Under the pieces are notes generated by a model, which was given only the letters and a program-made list of their open reading frames with translations, ran no database searches and was not told where the DNA came from. A DNA stretch of 49,603 bases from a virus (Duplodnaviria > Caudoviricetes): IMG/VR virus record IMGVR_UViG_3300047409_000319, positions 1 through 49,603 of that record; one strand, written 5' to 3'. A program made the position numbers and the translations under genes. Below are positions 10,707-22,300 of this stretch, one piece after another (the first letter of the stretch is position 1; every line of letters starts with the position of its first letter).

Positions 10707-12415
10707 TGGTTAACCAGTTATCAAACGCACTGGGTAAACTTACTCCTGAAGATACACAAGCCATTATTGAAACATCAAATCGTCTTGGTATACGACCAGA
10801 TGATTTAACATCGATAATGTTATTTGAATCTGCAGGAACTATGAACCCAGATATATGGGGAGGTGGTACTAAATACGGCATACCTCGTAATTATGTAGGT
10901 CTTATTCAGCTTGGCCCGTCTGAACGACTACAGTATGGGTATAAGCCGGGTATGTCTATTGCTGAACAAGTAAGGGGACCAGTTTATAATTTCCTTAGTT
11001 CTCGCGGTGTCAAACCAGGAATGGATCTTAGTCAAGTTTATAATAAAATAAATCCTGGTGGAGGAATATTTACACATCAAATTGCAAATTACTTTCGCCC
11101 AGTAGTGCAGCAAACTCTTCCAAATTTGTCAATTGCTGGGGTATCTAATCGACCATCTACGACACTTGCACAGGCTGGTCTTACTCCAGATCAATACTCT
11201 GCTTTAACTAACCCTTATGATCCTTCTACTGCTCAAGCGGCACGTACACCTGATTTCAGTGCTGCTGGTTCACCTGATTATTCTCCACCGGCACCACCAG
11301 TAGCGACACCACCAGTAGCGACACCACCATTAACGGCTGGAGCTAATCCGCTTTCTGTTGAACAAGCCATTGCCCAAAATGGCAGTTGGAATGTTGCACC
11401 TAGAGGAGATTTATACCCACCTAATTCTCTTTATCCAAAAATATCACAAGCTGATTTTTTCACAGGTCCACCAGACCCGTATACTCAAGCGCAAATTGGT
11501 TCACCTTCGGCGGTAGCAGCAAGGGCACCAGCAAATATTTCTAGTTCGATGCCTTCCCCTATTAACCAGCGCAATATCAACTTCAACAATCAACGCCCTG
11601 CCATTAAGGGAGATGATGTTGCCTTTGTGCAAGAACAGTTGAAATCATCCCTAGATAGTACTGGAAAATCGTATTATACTGGCAAGGTGGATGGTATCGG
11701 GGGGCCAATGACCCGTGATGCTTTCGCGCGTTACCAGCAAGACCATCCGGGTACTGGTACTTCTATCTTCAATACAATGAATCCACGTAACAATGTCCCT
11801 GATGCTATCTATGGACCACGCTCACAGCGTAGTTTGGATGTGGTAAGGGGTACTGATCTTCCTAATATTTCTCCTGCTCCATTTTCACCCAGAGTAGGTT
11901 GGCCGGGAGCAGGCAGTATTGATTATACACCCCCGCCGATGATAGATACAAAGGTACCCTCACACATAGCCACATCTCCCGTTTATCAGGCTGCACGGAG
12001 TGACCGTGGTTTAACCCCAATGGATAGAGCTTTACAAGCTGTAGCTGAGGGTATGGGCATCATACCTGAGACTAGTAGGTCTTTCTTTAACCCATCTGGT
12101 TCTGGCGGGCACAGTATTGTTTCTGATTTCGTCCATAGTAGTAGTGATACAGGTGGCCCCGGAAATAGAACTACTTCAGGACCAGGGACTAATGGTAGTG
12201 CTTCCAGTGGAAATGGGAGAACTACATCTGGACCGGGAATAAGTAGTCCATCACATAGTTATTCATCTTCTGATACAGGGTATAGTGGCAATAATCCAAC
12301 TGGCTATATTAGCCAAGCTACTTCAACGCCTTCTGCACTGTACCAATCACCGAATACTTATCAGGATTATAACCCAGGTTACTCGGACTATTCGAACATT
12401 GGTGGAATACCATAA
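10706..12415 (+). CDS. Virion-associated peptidoglycan hydrolase (lysozyme/transglycosylase-like domain plus peptidoglycan-binding domain)
   Basis: 'IMLFESAGTMNP...YVGLIQ' catalytic Glu motif; 'GDDVAFVQEQL...YTGKVDGIGGPMTRDA..RYQ' PG-binding motif; Pro/Ser-rich linkers. Confidence 0.7.
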   Translation: MVNQLSNALGKLTPEDTQAIIETSNRLGIRPDDLTSIMLFESAGTMNPDIWGGGTKYGIPRNYVGLIQLGPSERLQYGYKPGMSIAEQVRGPVYNFLSSRGVKPGMDLSQVYNKINPGGGIFTHQIANYFRPVVQQTLPNLSIAGVSNRPSTTLAQAGLTPDQYSALTNPYDPSTAQAARTPDFSAAGSPDYSPPAPPVATPPVATPPLTAGANPLSVEQAIAQNGSWNVAPRGDLYPPNSLYPKISQADFFTGPPDPYTQAQIGSPSAVAARAPANISSSMPSPINQRNINFNNQRPAIKGDDVAFVQEQLKSSLDSTGKSYYTGKVDGIGGPMTRDAFARYQQDHPGTGTSIFNTMNPRNNVPDAIYGPRSQRSLDVVRGTDLPNISPAPFSPRVGWPGAGSIDYTPPPMIDTKVPSHIATSPVYQAARSDRGLTPMDRALQAVAEGMGIIPETSRSFFNPSGSGGHSIVSDFVHSSSDTGGPGNRTTSGPGTNGSASSGNGRTTSGPGISSPSHSYSSSDTGYSGNNPTGYISQATSTPSALYQSPNTYQDYNPGYSDYSNIGGIP

Positions 12416-13152
12416 TGTCTTCAACCTTCACACCTAATAAAATATATGAACTGCAAACTACTGGTGAAAATGCCGGTACGTGGGGTACATTGCTGGATGC
12501 AGTTCTTTCTATCATTGACCTTAATCTCGGTGGGCGGCTTGCATTAAATGTTGCAGGATCAGCAGATATTACTCTCACTAGTACTCAAGAACGTAATGTT
12601 TATATCCTTTGCACTGGTGTATTGACTGGGAATATTAGTGTTGTTTTCACATCAACTAATGGTGGATTTTATCTTATAGATAACCGTTCTACTGGAACTT
12701 TTACCATAACGGCAAAATACTCTGGTGGAACGGGAGTAGTGGTGCCCCAGGGTGGTAAAAGTGTTATAATGATTGACCCGGATAATACACGGGCAGTCAT
12801 GTGCGCTCAACCATACTCTACCCGTACAATCAAAACTATAGCTGTACTTTCAGACGGGGCTACACCAGCGTTAGATGCTTCTCTCGGTGATATATTCACC
12901 CTTACTACTACCACAAATCCTACAATAGCTGTACCCACTAATCCGGCGAATGGCCAAACTATCATAATTGCTGTAACTGCTTCTGGAAGTAATAGAACTC
13001 TTTCTCTTAATACAGGTGCTGGCGGGTTCCATTTTGGCTCAGATGTAACAGGTCTTTCTGCTATTGTCTCTGGTAAAACAGACTATATAGGAGCTATTTA
13101 CAATTCAGTTACTTCCTTTTGGAATGTAGTTGGGTACATAAAGGGCTTTTAA
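12415..13152 (+). CDS. Tail fibre / tail-associated structural protein
   Basis: 'E....GEN.GTWG...' N-terminal anchor; C-terminal beta-sandwich-like 'KTDYIG.IY...W.VV'. Confidence 0.6.
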   Translation: MSSTFTPNKIYELQTTGENAGTWGTLLDAVLSIIDLNLGGRLALNVAGSADITLTSTQERNVYILCTGVLTGNISVVFTSTNGGFYLIDNRSTGTFTITAKYSGGTGVVVPQGGKSVIMIDPDNTRAVMCAQPYSTRTIKTIAVLSDGATPALDASLGDIFTLTTTTNPTIAVPTNPANGQTIIIAVTASGSNRTLSLNTGAGGFHFGSDVTGLSAIVSGKTDYIGAIYNSVTSFWNVVGYIKGF

Positions 13153-14264
13153 TGGGTAATCGTTATTGGGTCGGCGGGGCCGCCCTTTGGGACACATTAC
13201 CTGGGACTAAATGGGCTACATCATCCGGTGGTGTGGGTGGTGCTGGTGTACCTGCTACATTTGATAACGTTTTCTTCGATAGCCATAGTGGAAATCATCT
13301 TGTTTCCATCGGTTCAGGTGCTACTTGTTATAACCTAGATACAACCGGATTCACAGGAACTTTAAGCTTTGGTTCTGGATTAGCTCAGACCGGATCTAAA
13401 TTGATCTTTGGGTCAGGTACATCATTTTCTGGGTCATCTACCATAACTGCTAATGCAGATGCTATAGTTCTTAACGGTGTAAGTCTGACATGCCCAGTAA
13501 ATTGTACTGGAGGTGATATTGGTATTACGAGTAATGGTGGAATCTTTACTGCTGGACTGACAATAGCTGTTACTAGCACTGCCCTTATTTCGGATGATCT
13601 TAGTTGTGGAACAAACACATTCACAATAAGCAGTGGAACTGTTACTATAGGCAGTAGTACGATAAATGCGGGCAGAGTGGTACTTATTTCAAGTTCTACG
13701 AAAGTAATAAACCTTGGATCTGATTTTTGGAATATATCAGGTACGGGCACGGTTTGGGATTTTCAAGGTGATTCAGCATCACACACTACTATTAATGGTG
13801 AAACTTCAACAATTAAATTAACTGATCCAACTTCTACACCCAAAACTTGGAATGGTGGTGGCCTTATATATAATAATCTTTGGATTCAGGGGGGTTCGGG
13901 TGTTTATACTATTCAAGGAAGCAATACCTTTAACTCTCTCAAAATGGATGGTAATTTTGCCCCTGTCAACAATTTGACTGTTAATTTTACGGCTGGCACT
14001 ACTACTACACTTACTACCATGTCTGTGACGGGGAGCAGTTTCGGGGCTTTTGTGACTCTAGGTAGTACCGGAAGTCCTGTAAATTTGATTTGTGCTAGTG
14101 GGGCAATTGATGTATCATACTGTCTTATCCAGAGCAGCCATGCCTCTGGGGGGGCTACCTTTACTGCTCAAAACAGCGTGGATGGAGGTGGAAATACTGG
14201 GTGGGTTTTTGGCGGGGGGCCATCCCCCGGAACAGGTTCACAAGGATTGATAATGTGTTTTTAA
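13152..14264 (+). CDS. Tail spike / receptor-binding beta-helix-like protein
   Basis: 'RYWVGG...W....WATSSGG.GGA.VP...DNVFFD' start, G/S/T-rich beta repeats, 'NSVDGGGNTGW' end; ATG at 13152 coupled to previous stop. Confidence 0.6.
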   Translation: MGNRYWVGGAALWDTLPGTKWATSSGGVGGAGVPATFDNVFFDSHSGNHLVSIGSGATCYNLDTTGFTGTLSFGSGLAQTGSKLIFGSGTSFSGSSTITANADAIVLNGVSLTCPVNCTGGDIGITSNGGIFTAGLTIAVTSTALISDDLSCGTNTFTISSGTVTIGSSTINAGRVVLISSSTKVINLGSDFWNISGTGTVWDFQGDSASHTTINGETSTIKLTDPTSTPKTWNGGGLIYNNLWIQGGSGVYTIQGSNTFNSLKMDGNFAPVNNLTVNFTAGTTTTLTTMSVTGSSFGAFVTLGSTGSPVNLICASGAIDVSYCLIQSSHASGGATFTAQNSVDGGGNTGWVFGGGPSPGTGSQGLIMCF

Positions 14265-14297
14265 CATGGTCACGTAACCCAAGGGATAGGTGCAATT

Positions 14298-14489
14298 ATG
14301 ATTGATATTCTTGTATATCTCGCTATATTCGTCATCATTGCTATACTGGTCTGGTGGCTACTCTCACAACTATCCCTCCCGGAACCACTGCGTACTATCC
14401 TTATTATTGTGATAGTAGTGATTGGGGCAGTAATACTTATCAATATCTTGCTTAACTTCACCGGGCACGGTTTGCCCATGCGTTACTAA
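14298..14489 (+). CDS. Small two-TM membrane protein (holin-like)
   Basis: Two strongly hydrophobic segments joined by 'LPEPLR'. Confidence 0.6.
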   Translation: MIDILVYLAIFVIIAILVWWLLSQLSLPEPLRTILIIVIVVIGAVILINILLNFTGHGLPMRY

Positions 14490-14499
14490 GGATAGTATT

Positions 14500-14805
14500 A
14501 TGAGTGTACATAAACTAGTTCTCTCCATAATCCTGTGCTGCACCGCTTTGGTCGGGTGTGTTCCCTCCAGTGGTAGTATCTCGATTTCGTCGGTACAGAA
14601 GGAAGCGGTGGCGATTTGTGGCTACCTCCCACTGGCGGCAGTCGTGGCCCAACTTGCCGGAACTCATGCGCCAAACCTCGGGTCGGTGTTTGCAATGGCC
14701 ACCGCGATCTGTAATGCGGTGACCCCCAAGGTTGGTTTCCGCTCTGGGCCACCTTCTGCTCCACACGTCAACGGCGTTCTCATTCGTGGAAAGTTTGTGA
14801 GGTAA
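14500..14805 (+). CDS. Lipoprotein (possible spanin component)
   Basis: Signal peptide with lipobox LVGC; within membrane-protein cluster. Confidence 0.55.
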   Translation: MSVHKLVLSIILCCTALVGCVPSSGSISISSVQKEAVAICGYLPLAAVVAQLAGTHAPNLGSVFAMATAICNAVTPKVGFRSGPPSAPHVNGVLIRGKFVR

Positions 14806-14809
14806 ACCT

Positions 14810-15088
14810 ATGATACCGAATCAAGACCAAATTATGAGTTCCGTCAGAAGCATTGGTATAGCTCTTTTCTCCTACGCGGTGGGCAAGGGGTATATTTCCA
14901 ATGACACGGCGGTTAATCTCGGTGCATTGATTGTCCCACTTGGACTAGCAATTTGGGGATTCTACGACAAGATGAAGGCGCGGACAGTTGCCAAGGCAGC
15001 AGACATTGTTCCCATTGGTGGAGCAGAACAGCGCAGTGTCGGTATCGTTCAACCTCAGCTAGTTCCAAGTAACCCTAAAGTGGTATAA
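14810..15088 (+). CDS. Putative holin
   Basis: Two TM segments, 'VR.I..A...Y.VGKGYI...W' pattern, basic C-terminal region. Confidence 0.55.
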   Translation: MIPNQDQIMSSVRSIGIALFSYAVGKGYISNDTAVNLGALIVPLGLAIWGFYDKMKARTVAKAADIVPIGGAEQRSVGIVQPQLVPSNPKVV

Positions 15089-15316
15089 ATGGAGTGGACA
15101 CTCAATCATATACCCACACTTCTAACTTCAGCCGGGGCAGTAATCGCCGCTATCTTAGGGTACACTAACGGTAGACAAATTCAAGAGATTCATCTAATAA
15201 TGAATTCAAGATTAGATAAACTGCTTGAAACTGTTGCTGCACAAAGCCATCTTGAGGGTGCAGCTACTGAAAGAGCAAGAGCTGACCTTGCGGAAAGTCT
15301 TAAATCTGGTAAATGA
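15089..15316 (+). CDS. Small membrane protein
   Basis: N-terminal TM, then 'IH..MNSRLD.LL' helix. Confidence 0.55.
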   Translation: MEWTLNHIPTLLTSAGAVIAAILGYTNGRQIQEIHLIMNSRLDKLLETVAAQSHLEGAATERARADLAESLKSGK

Positions 15317-15621
15317 TTGACAAGGTTGTTTCTCTTGCAAGATTATCTGTCCCGGTTCCCTATGTTTGGGTCATGGGCACGGTGCTTGTAGGCGTGGTAG
15401 GATGGTGTGTTCAACTTCAAGGAGAAGTAACCTCCCTCATACAAAATGGTAGTCCCGCATCAACATCCGCTTTGCAACAACTTGCGTCTCTGGCTATACG
15501 TGTAGATGAACTACAAAAATTATCTCCTCAGATTCCTATCAATGGCAATCGTATAACTAGGTTAGAAACTCAACTAGAAATAATTCAGAAGGAGTTATAC
15601 TCGAAAGAGATCCTAAGGTAA
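15313..15621 (+). CDS. Membrane-anchored coiled-coil protein
   Basis: One TM followed by a heptad-rich helix. Confidence 0.55.
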   Translation: MIDKVVSLARLSVPVPYVWVMGTVLVGVVGWCVQLQGEVTSLIQNGSPASTSALQQLASLAIRVDELQKLSPQIPINGNRITRLETQLEIIQKELYSKEILR

Positions 15622-15722
15622 GCATTGCGGTTAACGCACTACCCTCCAGTGACGTATCGACTGGAGTCGGGTACTTAGTGTAATCTGCGTCTGATCCGCG
15701 CCCCTTCGGAAAGGGCAGTGTT

Positions 15723-16310
15723 ATGAAATTTCTAGTATTTATGTTCACTATTACTCTCATCACCCCTGCCCTTGCGGCTGGGCCATGCCTTCCGACCGAC
15801 AAGATGTTTCTAACACTGCAAGACCGATACCAGGAGAAGAAGGCGTTTGTCGCAACTGGAAGTTCGGGTTTCGATGTTACAGTGACAGTTTCACCAGCCG
15901 GATCATGGACAATGGTTGCCCAGAATGGTGACATAGCGTGCATTGTTGGGGCTGGTGACAAATGGAAAGCTGCACCGACAGCGGCCACCCCGGAACTTCT
16001 ACCTGGATTACAGAAAAATAACCTGATCTTGATCCATAGTTGGTATGATGGGTTACATAATACTGATGGTGAAATCTGCTGTGGGGGTAGTGATTGCGGC
16101 CCAGTGGATGATCAAGACGTAACCCCGGTCCCTGGAGGGTATAATCTTCATATCACTAAATTTGACCCTATGGCTTCGGGCACAGGACCAGCGATATATA
16201 CCACTATCCCTAATGCGTTCGCTAAACCGGCAAAGGAAGGTGGGCAGTATCACCTTTGTTATTGGGGCGGCAAGGTGAAGTGTTTCTTTTTCCCAGCACC
16301 GAGTTACTAA
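15723..16310 (+). CDS. Secreted Cys-rich two-domain protein
   Basis: Sec signal (…PALA); domain 1 'C...L..RY.E...GSWT....ACI...G..W'; domain 2 'HSWY...CCG..DC...HLC....CFF.P'. Confidence 0.6.
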   Translation: MKFLVFMFTITLITPALAAGPCLPTDKMFLTLQDRYQEKKAFVATGSSGFDVTVTVSPAGSWTMVAQNGDIACIVGAGDKWKAAPTAATPELLPGLQKNNLILIHSWYDGLHNTDGEICCGGSDCGPVDDQDVTPVPGGYNLHITKFDPMASGTGPAIYTTIPNAFAKPAKEGGQYHLCYWGGKVKCFFFPAPSY

Positions 16311-16313
16311 TCT

Positions 16314-19300
16314 ATGGCCATAATCCCTGACTGGTCTGAAGCGGATCCTGGATATGGGGGTGCGACACCGCCCCCCATTGATCTTGACACTTATATCCAT
16401 ACTCTACGTTCCAACCCGATGATCAGTCAGGCACCACAGAAGGGCAAGCCGCGCCCTTACGGTGCAACGTACCAAGGTGTAGGGCACCCAGAAGACAACG
16501 CTGTCAGTAAAATCGCAGGGTCCATCCTTGAAGGTTCCCGTGCTGATGAACCATTAGGTATGGACTATAATGGTCCTGCTGAACAGGATATGCAGAAGGC
16601 ATTCGGATATCAGACACCACAATACTACGCCGCTGAGGCAATCGCCCGTCCCATTGCCACTATTGGCGATTTAGGATCACGGATATTCGGTGGTGTTCAG
16701 GCAGGCGTGGCGGAGACTGCAAAGCAGGCATTGCTCGCTGGTGGAGCACGTGAAGGTACAGCTCAATCACTTTCCAACGACATTGGAGGTATGTTTGAAT
16801 CCGAGGGGACACGCCAAATGGCGGAAGGTCCCGGCATGCGAGCCAAGGCTAAAGGCATTGACTACGATATCCCCAAGCATGGTGAAATCCTCCCACCTGA
16901 AGCACTTCCGTATACGGTACCCAAGGTTGAGAAACCTGGACCCACGATAGAGGGCGAGGCGGTTGGACCCAAGCGGCTGGCCGCACCACCGAAACAACTC
17001 CCGGGACCAAAACCTTCTGAAGTGGAGAAGGCGATACAGGAGCAGCAGCAAAGGCAGCAACGGGAGCAGCAGAAGCAGGCCCCAACCCTGCCGGATACAA
17101 TGCAGCCACAGCCCGAGCAGCCTTGGCAGGGGAAAACAGCACCTAAATTCTACAGTCATGCTGAAAAGGTGGCGGCGGAGAAATTGCCGCCGCGTGCGCC
17201 TATTGCACAGGTGGCAGCAACGCTCAAGAATTCAGGTATCCACAGCGAAGAATTGGCCCCCATTGAAAAGTGGCTAAAGGACGAAGCCAAACTCCGCCCC
17301 GATATAACCAAAAATGAAGTCCTTGCCAAGATAAGGGAAACCACACCGCAGATTGAGGAAGCAGTAAAGAGTGAACAATTAGACAATTCCCAGAATTTCC
17401 ACCAAAAAGTATTGGAATGGATGCAGGAGAAAGGTTATCCAGAAAAGGATATAACTGATTGGGTAAATGACTGGGACCCGCAAGCTTCTCAACGTATTGC
17501 CAAAGAATATCGGGATGCTCATCCCAGCCGTACCAAGTATCATGAATACCAAGTCCCCGGTGGTAATAATTACCGTGAATTGTTGATGAAGTTACCATCT
17601 TCAACCAGTAAAGTTGAAAAAGCAAAGCTTATTGATGAAAGTGCTAAGAAACTTGCTAATAGTTTCGGAGTTAATTGGGAAGATTTACCTGAAGAAAATC
17701 GTAATAGATATAGAGAAAGAGTTCAGGAAATAGATCCACAGGGTGGTGGGGCCAGAAATCCTGGTGATTTTACTTCTACCCACTGGCCCGACGATCCTAA
17801 CACGCTTGCCCATACACGGGTGAACGACCGTGTGATCGACGGCAAGAAAACCCTGTTTGCTGAAGAGTTGCAGAGTGATTGGCATCAGAATGGAAGAAAA
17901 ATTGGCTATGGTAAAGCTGAACCATTAACACCTGAAGAACGAGCAGAATTTCAAAAATTAGAATCTTTACCTGATAAGGTTCGTACACCTGAACAAACTG
18001 CACGTAGGGATGAATTAGTTCATAAATCTGATGCTTTTCATAGAGGTGATGGTGTCCCGGACGCCCCATTCAAGAAAACATGGCCGGAGTTGCTGCTCAA
18101 GCGGCTAGTGAGTGAGGCAGCGGAAAAGGGCCATGACCAGCTTGCCTGGACCGATGGTGCCACCCAAGCGTCCCGCTATGACCTGAGCCATCATGTTGAT
18201 CAGTTGACCTGGGATCCAAAGTCAGGTGAACTTAAAGGTATGAAAGGTGACCCTCCCAGAGAAGTTGTGAATGAATCTAATGTCCCTGCCGAAAAGCTGC
18301 CCGACTACATCGGCAAGGAAGCTGCCGATAAGATGATCAATAACCCAACCTCCAAGTATTCATGGGGCACCCACGTACTTGAGGGACAAGATCTCAAGGT
18401 CGGTGGCGCGGGCATGAAGGGTTTCTACGACACGATGCTGCCCAACATGGCCAACAAGCTGTTTGGAAAGTGGGGGGCGAAGGTTGAACAGCGAACTATC
18501 AAAGTAAACAGAAGTCCAACTTCATTTAAGACTCAAGAAGAGTATCTAAATCATCCAGGTGATAATAAAACAGTCCACGTTCTCCCAATCACCCCGGAAC
18601 TGCGGGCTAAGGCACTGAACGAAGGATTTCCGTTGTTCTCCGGTGCCGACAAGGTGGCTGGACCTGTCGTACAGCCGAAACTGCCTACTCCACCAAAGAA
18701 AGTCCTTACGACGCAGGAAAAGCAACGGGCGCGACAGCAGAAAAAACAGGCAGGGTTGCCAACCTTACCGGAGGACATGCAGGCGCAACCCACCCAACAG
18801 TGGCAGGCACAGAGTAAGTCTGCGGATTGGGCCAGTAAATTTCTTACAGATCATCCAGGGGCGGATCTAAATGAACCATTTCCAGGTTATCATGTAATTT
18901 ACCATGAAGGTAAGTCTTATACGGCTGACAATCCGCAGGGACTAAATCATCCTGATGATTTATATAACCTTAAATCATACAAAGCGGCTAGTAAGAAATA
19001 TTGGGAAAATTCTCATGCCCCAACAACTGACGAAGAAAGGCGTGTAGAACCAGACCTTCCACCTGAACCTGAACCCACACCCAAAACTGAAACATCACTT
19101 CCACCACATATCATTTCACAATACACCACCGAGACTCAAGGTAAGCAGCTCAGCTTGTACCCCAAGCAGTTCATGCGGGAGTATACCGACGCAGAATTCC
19201 CGTGGGAGTGGCGGGAGTATGACAAGTATGGCCGGGGTGCCGTGCCCGATGCGTTCAAGGACCAAGCCGACTTCAAGGCCAAGTATGATGCTGCCCCACT

Positions 19301-22300
19301 GGTCCATCTGAAGGAAGACGCCATAAAGAAAATGGACTATGCCACGGCTGGCAGCTACTTCGGCAAGGGCGAAGACTACGCACGGGAATCCTTCGCCCAC
19401 CACCGTGATATGGGCCGTATTCTCGACCAAATCCATAATAAGGACGTGGCTCCGCCCATTGTCCTGCTAACCGACAAAGGCTTGCGGATACTGGGTGGCA
19501 ACACCCGTTTATCGACTGCCGCCGCGCTCAACTACAATCTCCCGGTCAAGCTGATCGACGTAAGAAAGACGATGGGTGTGGAGCAGGGTGCGCCCATGCA
19601 GGCGTGGCACAATGCCCCAAAGACCATAGACGAATGGGCCAATGTGGAGGGCCAGAACCCTGACCTGAAGGAACCACCCCTTGCCTCGGCTAAAGGGTTG
19701 CCGTTGGCTACGGGTATTGTCATACAAGAGAAGGATGGATCAATATGGCTCATGCACCCCAAAGGCCAGTATGGGGGCTACAATGCTACGTTTCCCAAGG
19801 GGCGGCTGGAACCGGGCCTAAGCCCGCAGGCAAACGCGATTAAGGAAGCCTATGAGGAGACTGGGTTCAAGGTAAAGATACTCAGTCACCTGCTCGACCT
19901 TGATAAGACCACCACTCGCACCCGGTACTATTTGGGCGAACGAGTTGGTGGCAAGCCCACCATTGGGCCGGAAACGGAAAAGGTATCCAGGGTTACGCTG
20001 GACCAGTTACGGGGTATTGCTGACCATCCTTCTGACCTGCCGGTGATAAAGAAACTGGAGGCACAGAAGCCGCTGTTGCTCGGCTGGCGCGGCCCCAATG
20101 CTGGTAAAGGAATAGAGAAGGAGGGGGTCAAACCCTACAAACGGCTACTCCAGAAATATCCTGAACATCAGGAAGTATTTGAACCTCACCATGTTCAAGC
20201 TATATCAGACTGGACCAATGGAACCTATGGTGATATCGGTCGTCATATCTATAATGGTGATAAATTAGGTTCTACATCTGCGAAGACCATGCGGGGTTTG
20301 GACGATTTGCTTGAAAAAGCAACTCTCCCAACAAATCTCACATTATGGCGGGGAATTAATCGGTATGTGTATAATGATCTTCAGCGTCTGAAACCCGGTG
20401 ACGTATGGGATTCAGCCGGTGGTTATCAGGCTACTTCCCTTTCGCATAGTTTTGCTTCTGGGTGGAAAGAAAAGCACTACAAGATCATTGCTCCACGTGG
20501 AACTCGTGGTGCCATTGTCGGCAAGCACACAGCCGCCAGTACGACAGAGAATGAGGTCATTCTCCCCCGTGCTCAGCCCATGTTCTATCAGGGGCGGGAC
20601 CATGAAGGTGTGATGACTTTTCAGATAAAGGAGGAAGCTCCGCGCTTTACCCAACTGCCACCCGAACTTGCCGGTGCAGCATACGATCCAAACTTTGTGC
20701 AGAAGCCGAAATCTAAGACTACACCAATTCCAAAGCCAACTCGCGAAGATATTGCAGACGCCAAGGATTATTTGGACAGTCAATCATATGGTCAGGAAAA
20801 AATAGGTGGTATGACGGATAATGAAGTTATTCAAACCGCCATGGACGAAGGCTGGTTGCCCCCTGCGGTGTCACCAGCGTCATCACCAGCGTCTGCACCA
20901 TCAGACTGGAAAGTGGTTGGCAACCCGACCGGTGGTGGATTTTCCATTGAACATCCAGTGCATGGCTTGGGTTTGAAGTCGAATGGGCTTGGCCATGAAG
21001 TTTGGCCGACCAAGGAACAGGCCAAGGCGGCCATTAAATATTATGATCATACTGGAGTTAAAGGGAAACCCGAAGCCAAGAAAGACTTCGGCAATCTCGC
21101 TGAAAAACTGGCCAAGCACCCGGAGAATTTAACATCAGCCAATCAATATCTTTTGAATAATGGGTTAGGAATCACATTAAAAGAGGGAAACTTGATGCCA
21201 ACTTTTGATGTGTTTAATAAGGGAGTAATCCAAAAAGCCCTTGACCACGGATGGAAACCTGAAGCTAAGAAAGACTTTGGCAATCTCGCTGAAGAACTGG
21301 CCAAGCACGCCCCCAACTATGACGCGGCGAAACGATACCTTTGGGACCAAGGTAAATCAGCACATATGAATGATGCTGGAAAAATCTATAAGGGCGTCCA
21401 AGGTGTGATCCAAGCTGCCCTCGACCACGGCTGGAAACCTAAGACTGTGGCACCACAGGGTACTGGTTCTCCCGCGGAAATAATGAAATATCAAAAATTT
21501 GAGGGTTTAGCCAATGAAATGGCTAAGAATCCAAAGAATATGGATAATGCCGTTCATTATCTGTTAAACCATCCAGATATGTATCATATCAATGATATGA
21601 AAAATTGGACACCGAAAGAAAAAATACAAGAAGCATTATTTCAAAATTGGCAACCTAAAGTTATTGAACCCCCACCTGACCTCCAAGCTGAAGCTAAGGC
21701 ATGGCTTCAGAGTCAAATGACTGATCCAATAGCCCCAGACCAGGATTACGTGAAATGGGCGAGACAATACGGGTGGAACCCTGATAAACCAGCCTTGCAA
21801 AAGCCTTCAAACACACCCCATGTAGCGGGTGGTACGAAGGAGGGTAACTTGGCATCTTTCATTGGAAATATTAAAGACGCTGGTTGGACAAAAGGTTCAG
21901 GTGATACTTGGAATAACGCTGATAAGACAAAAACAATGTTTATTTATCCCACTAATGAAAGTTGGGATCTCTACGACAATAAATCAGGCACTTACTTACA
22001 GTCAGGTAAGGGATTCCAGGAACTACAGAAACATCTAGACAAACAATCCTTGCCAGTGAAGAAAAGTGTGGAAGATAAGTTGAATGAGGCTGGATGGGTG
22101 CAGAGCGAAGGTGCGGCCAGTCATGTTTGGCACAGCCCCAAGTATGACTATAAGTTGATTTTGGAAAAACATGGAGATTGGACCGTTTACCCGAATGATG
22201 GTTCGGGTAGAATTTTGGGCGAAGGCAACGGCCCTATCAAACTTGATAAGTTTCTCCCTGGAAAACCACCTTCTATCACTGAAGAAAGTCTAAAGGACGC

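Noticed and set aside
11292-11329. 15-bp tandem repeat
   Set aside because: In-frame PPVAT low-complexity linker within a CDS
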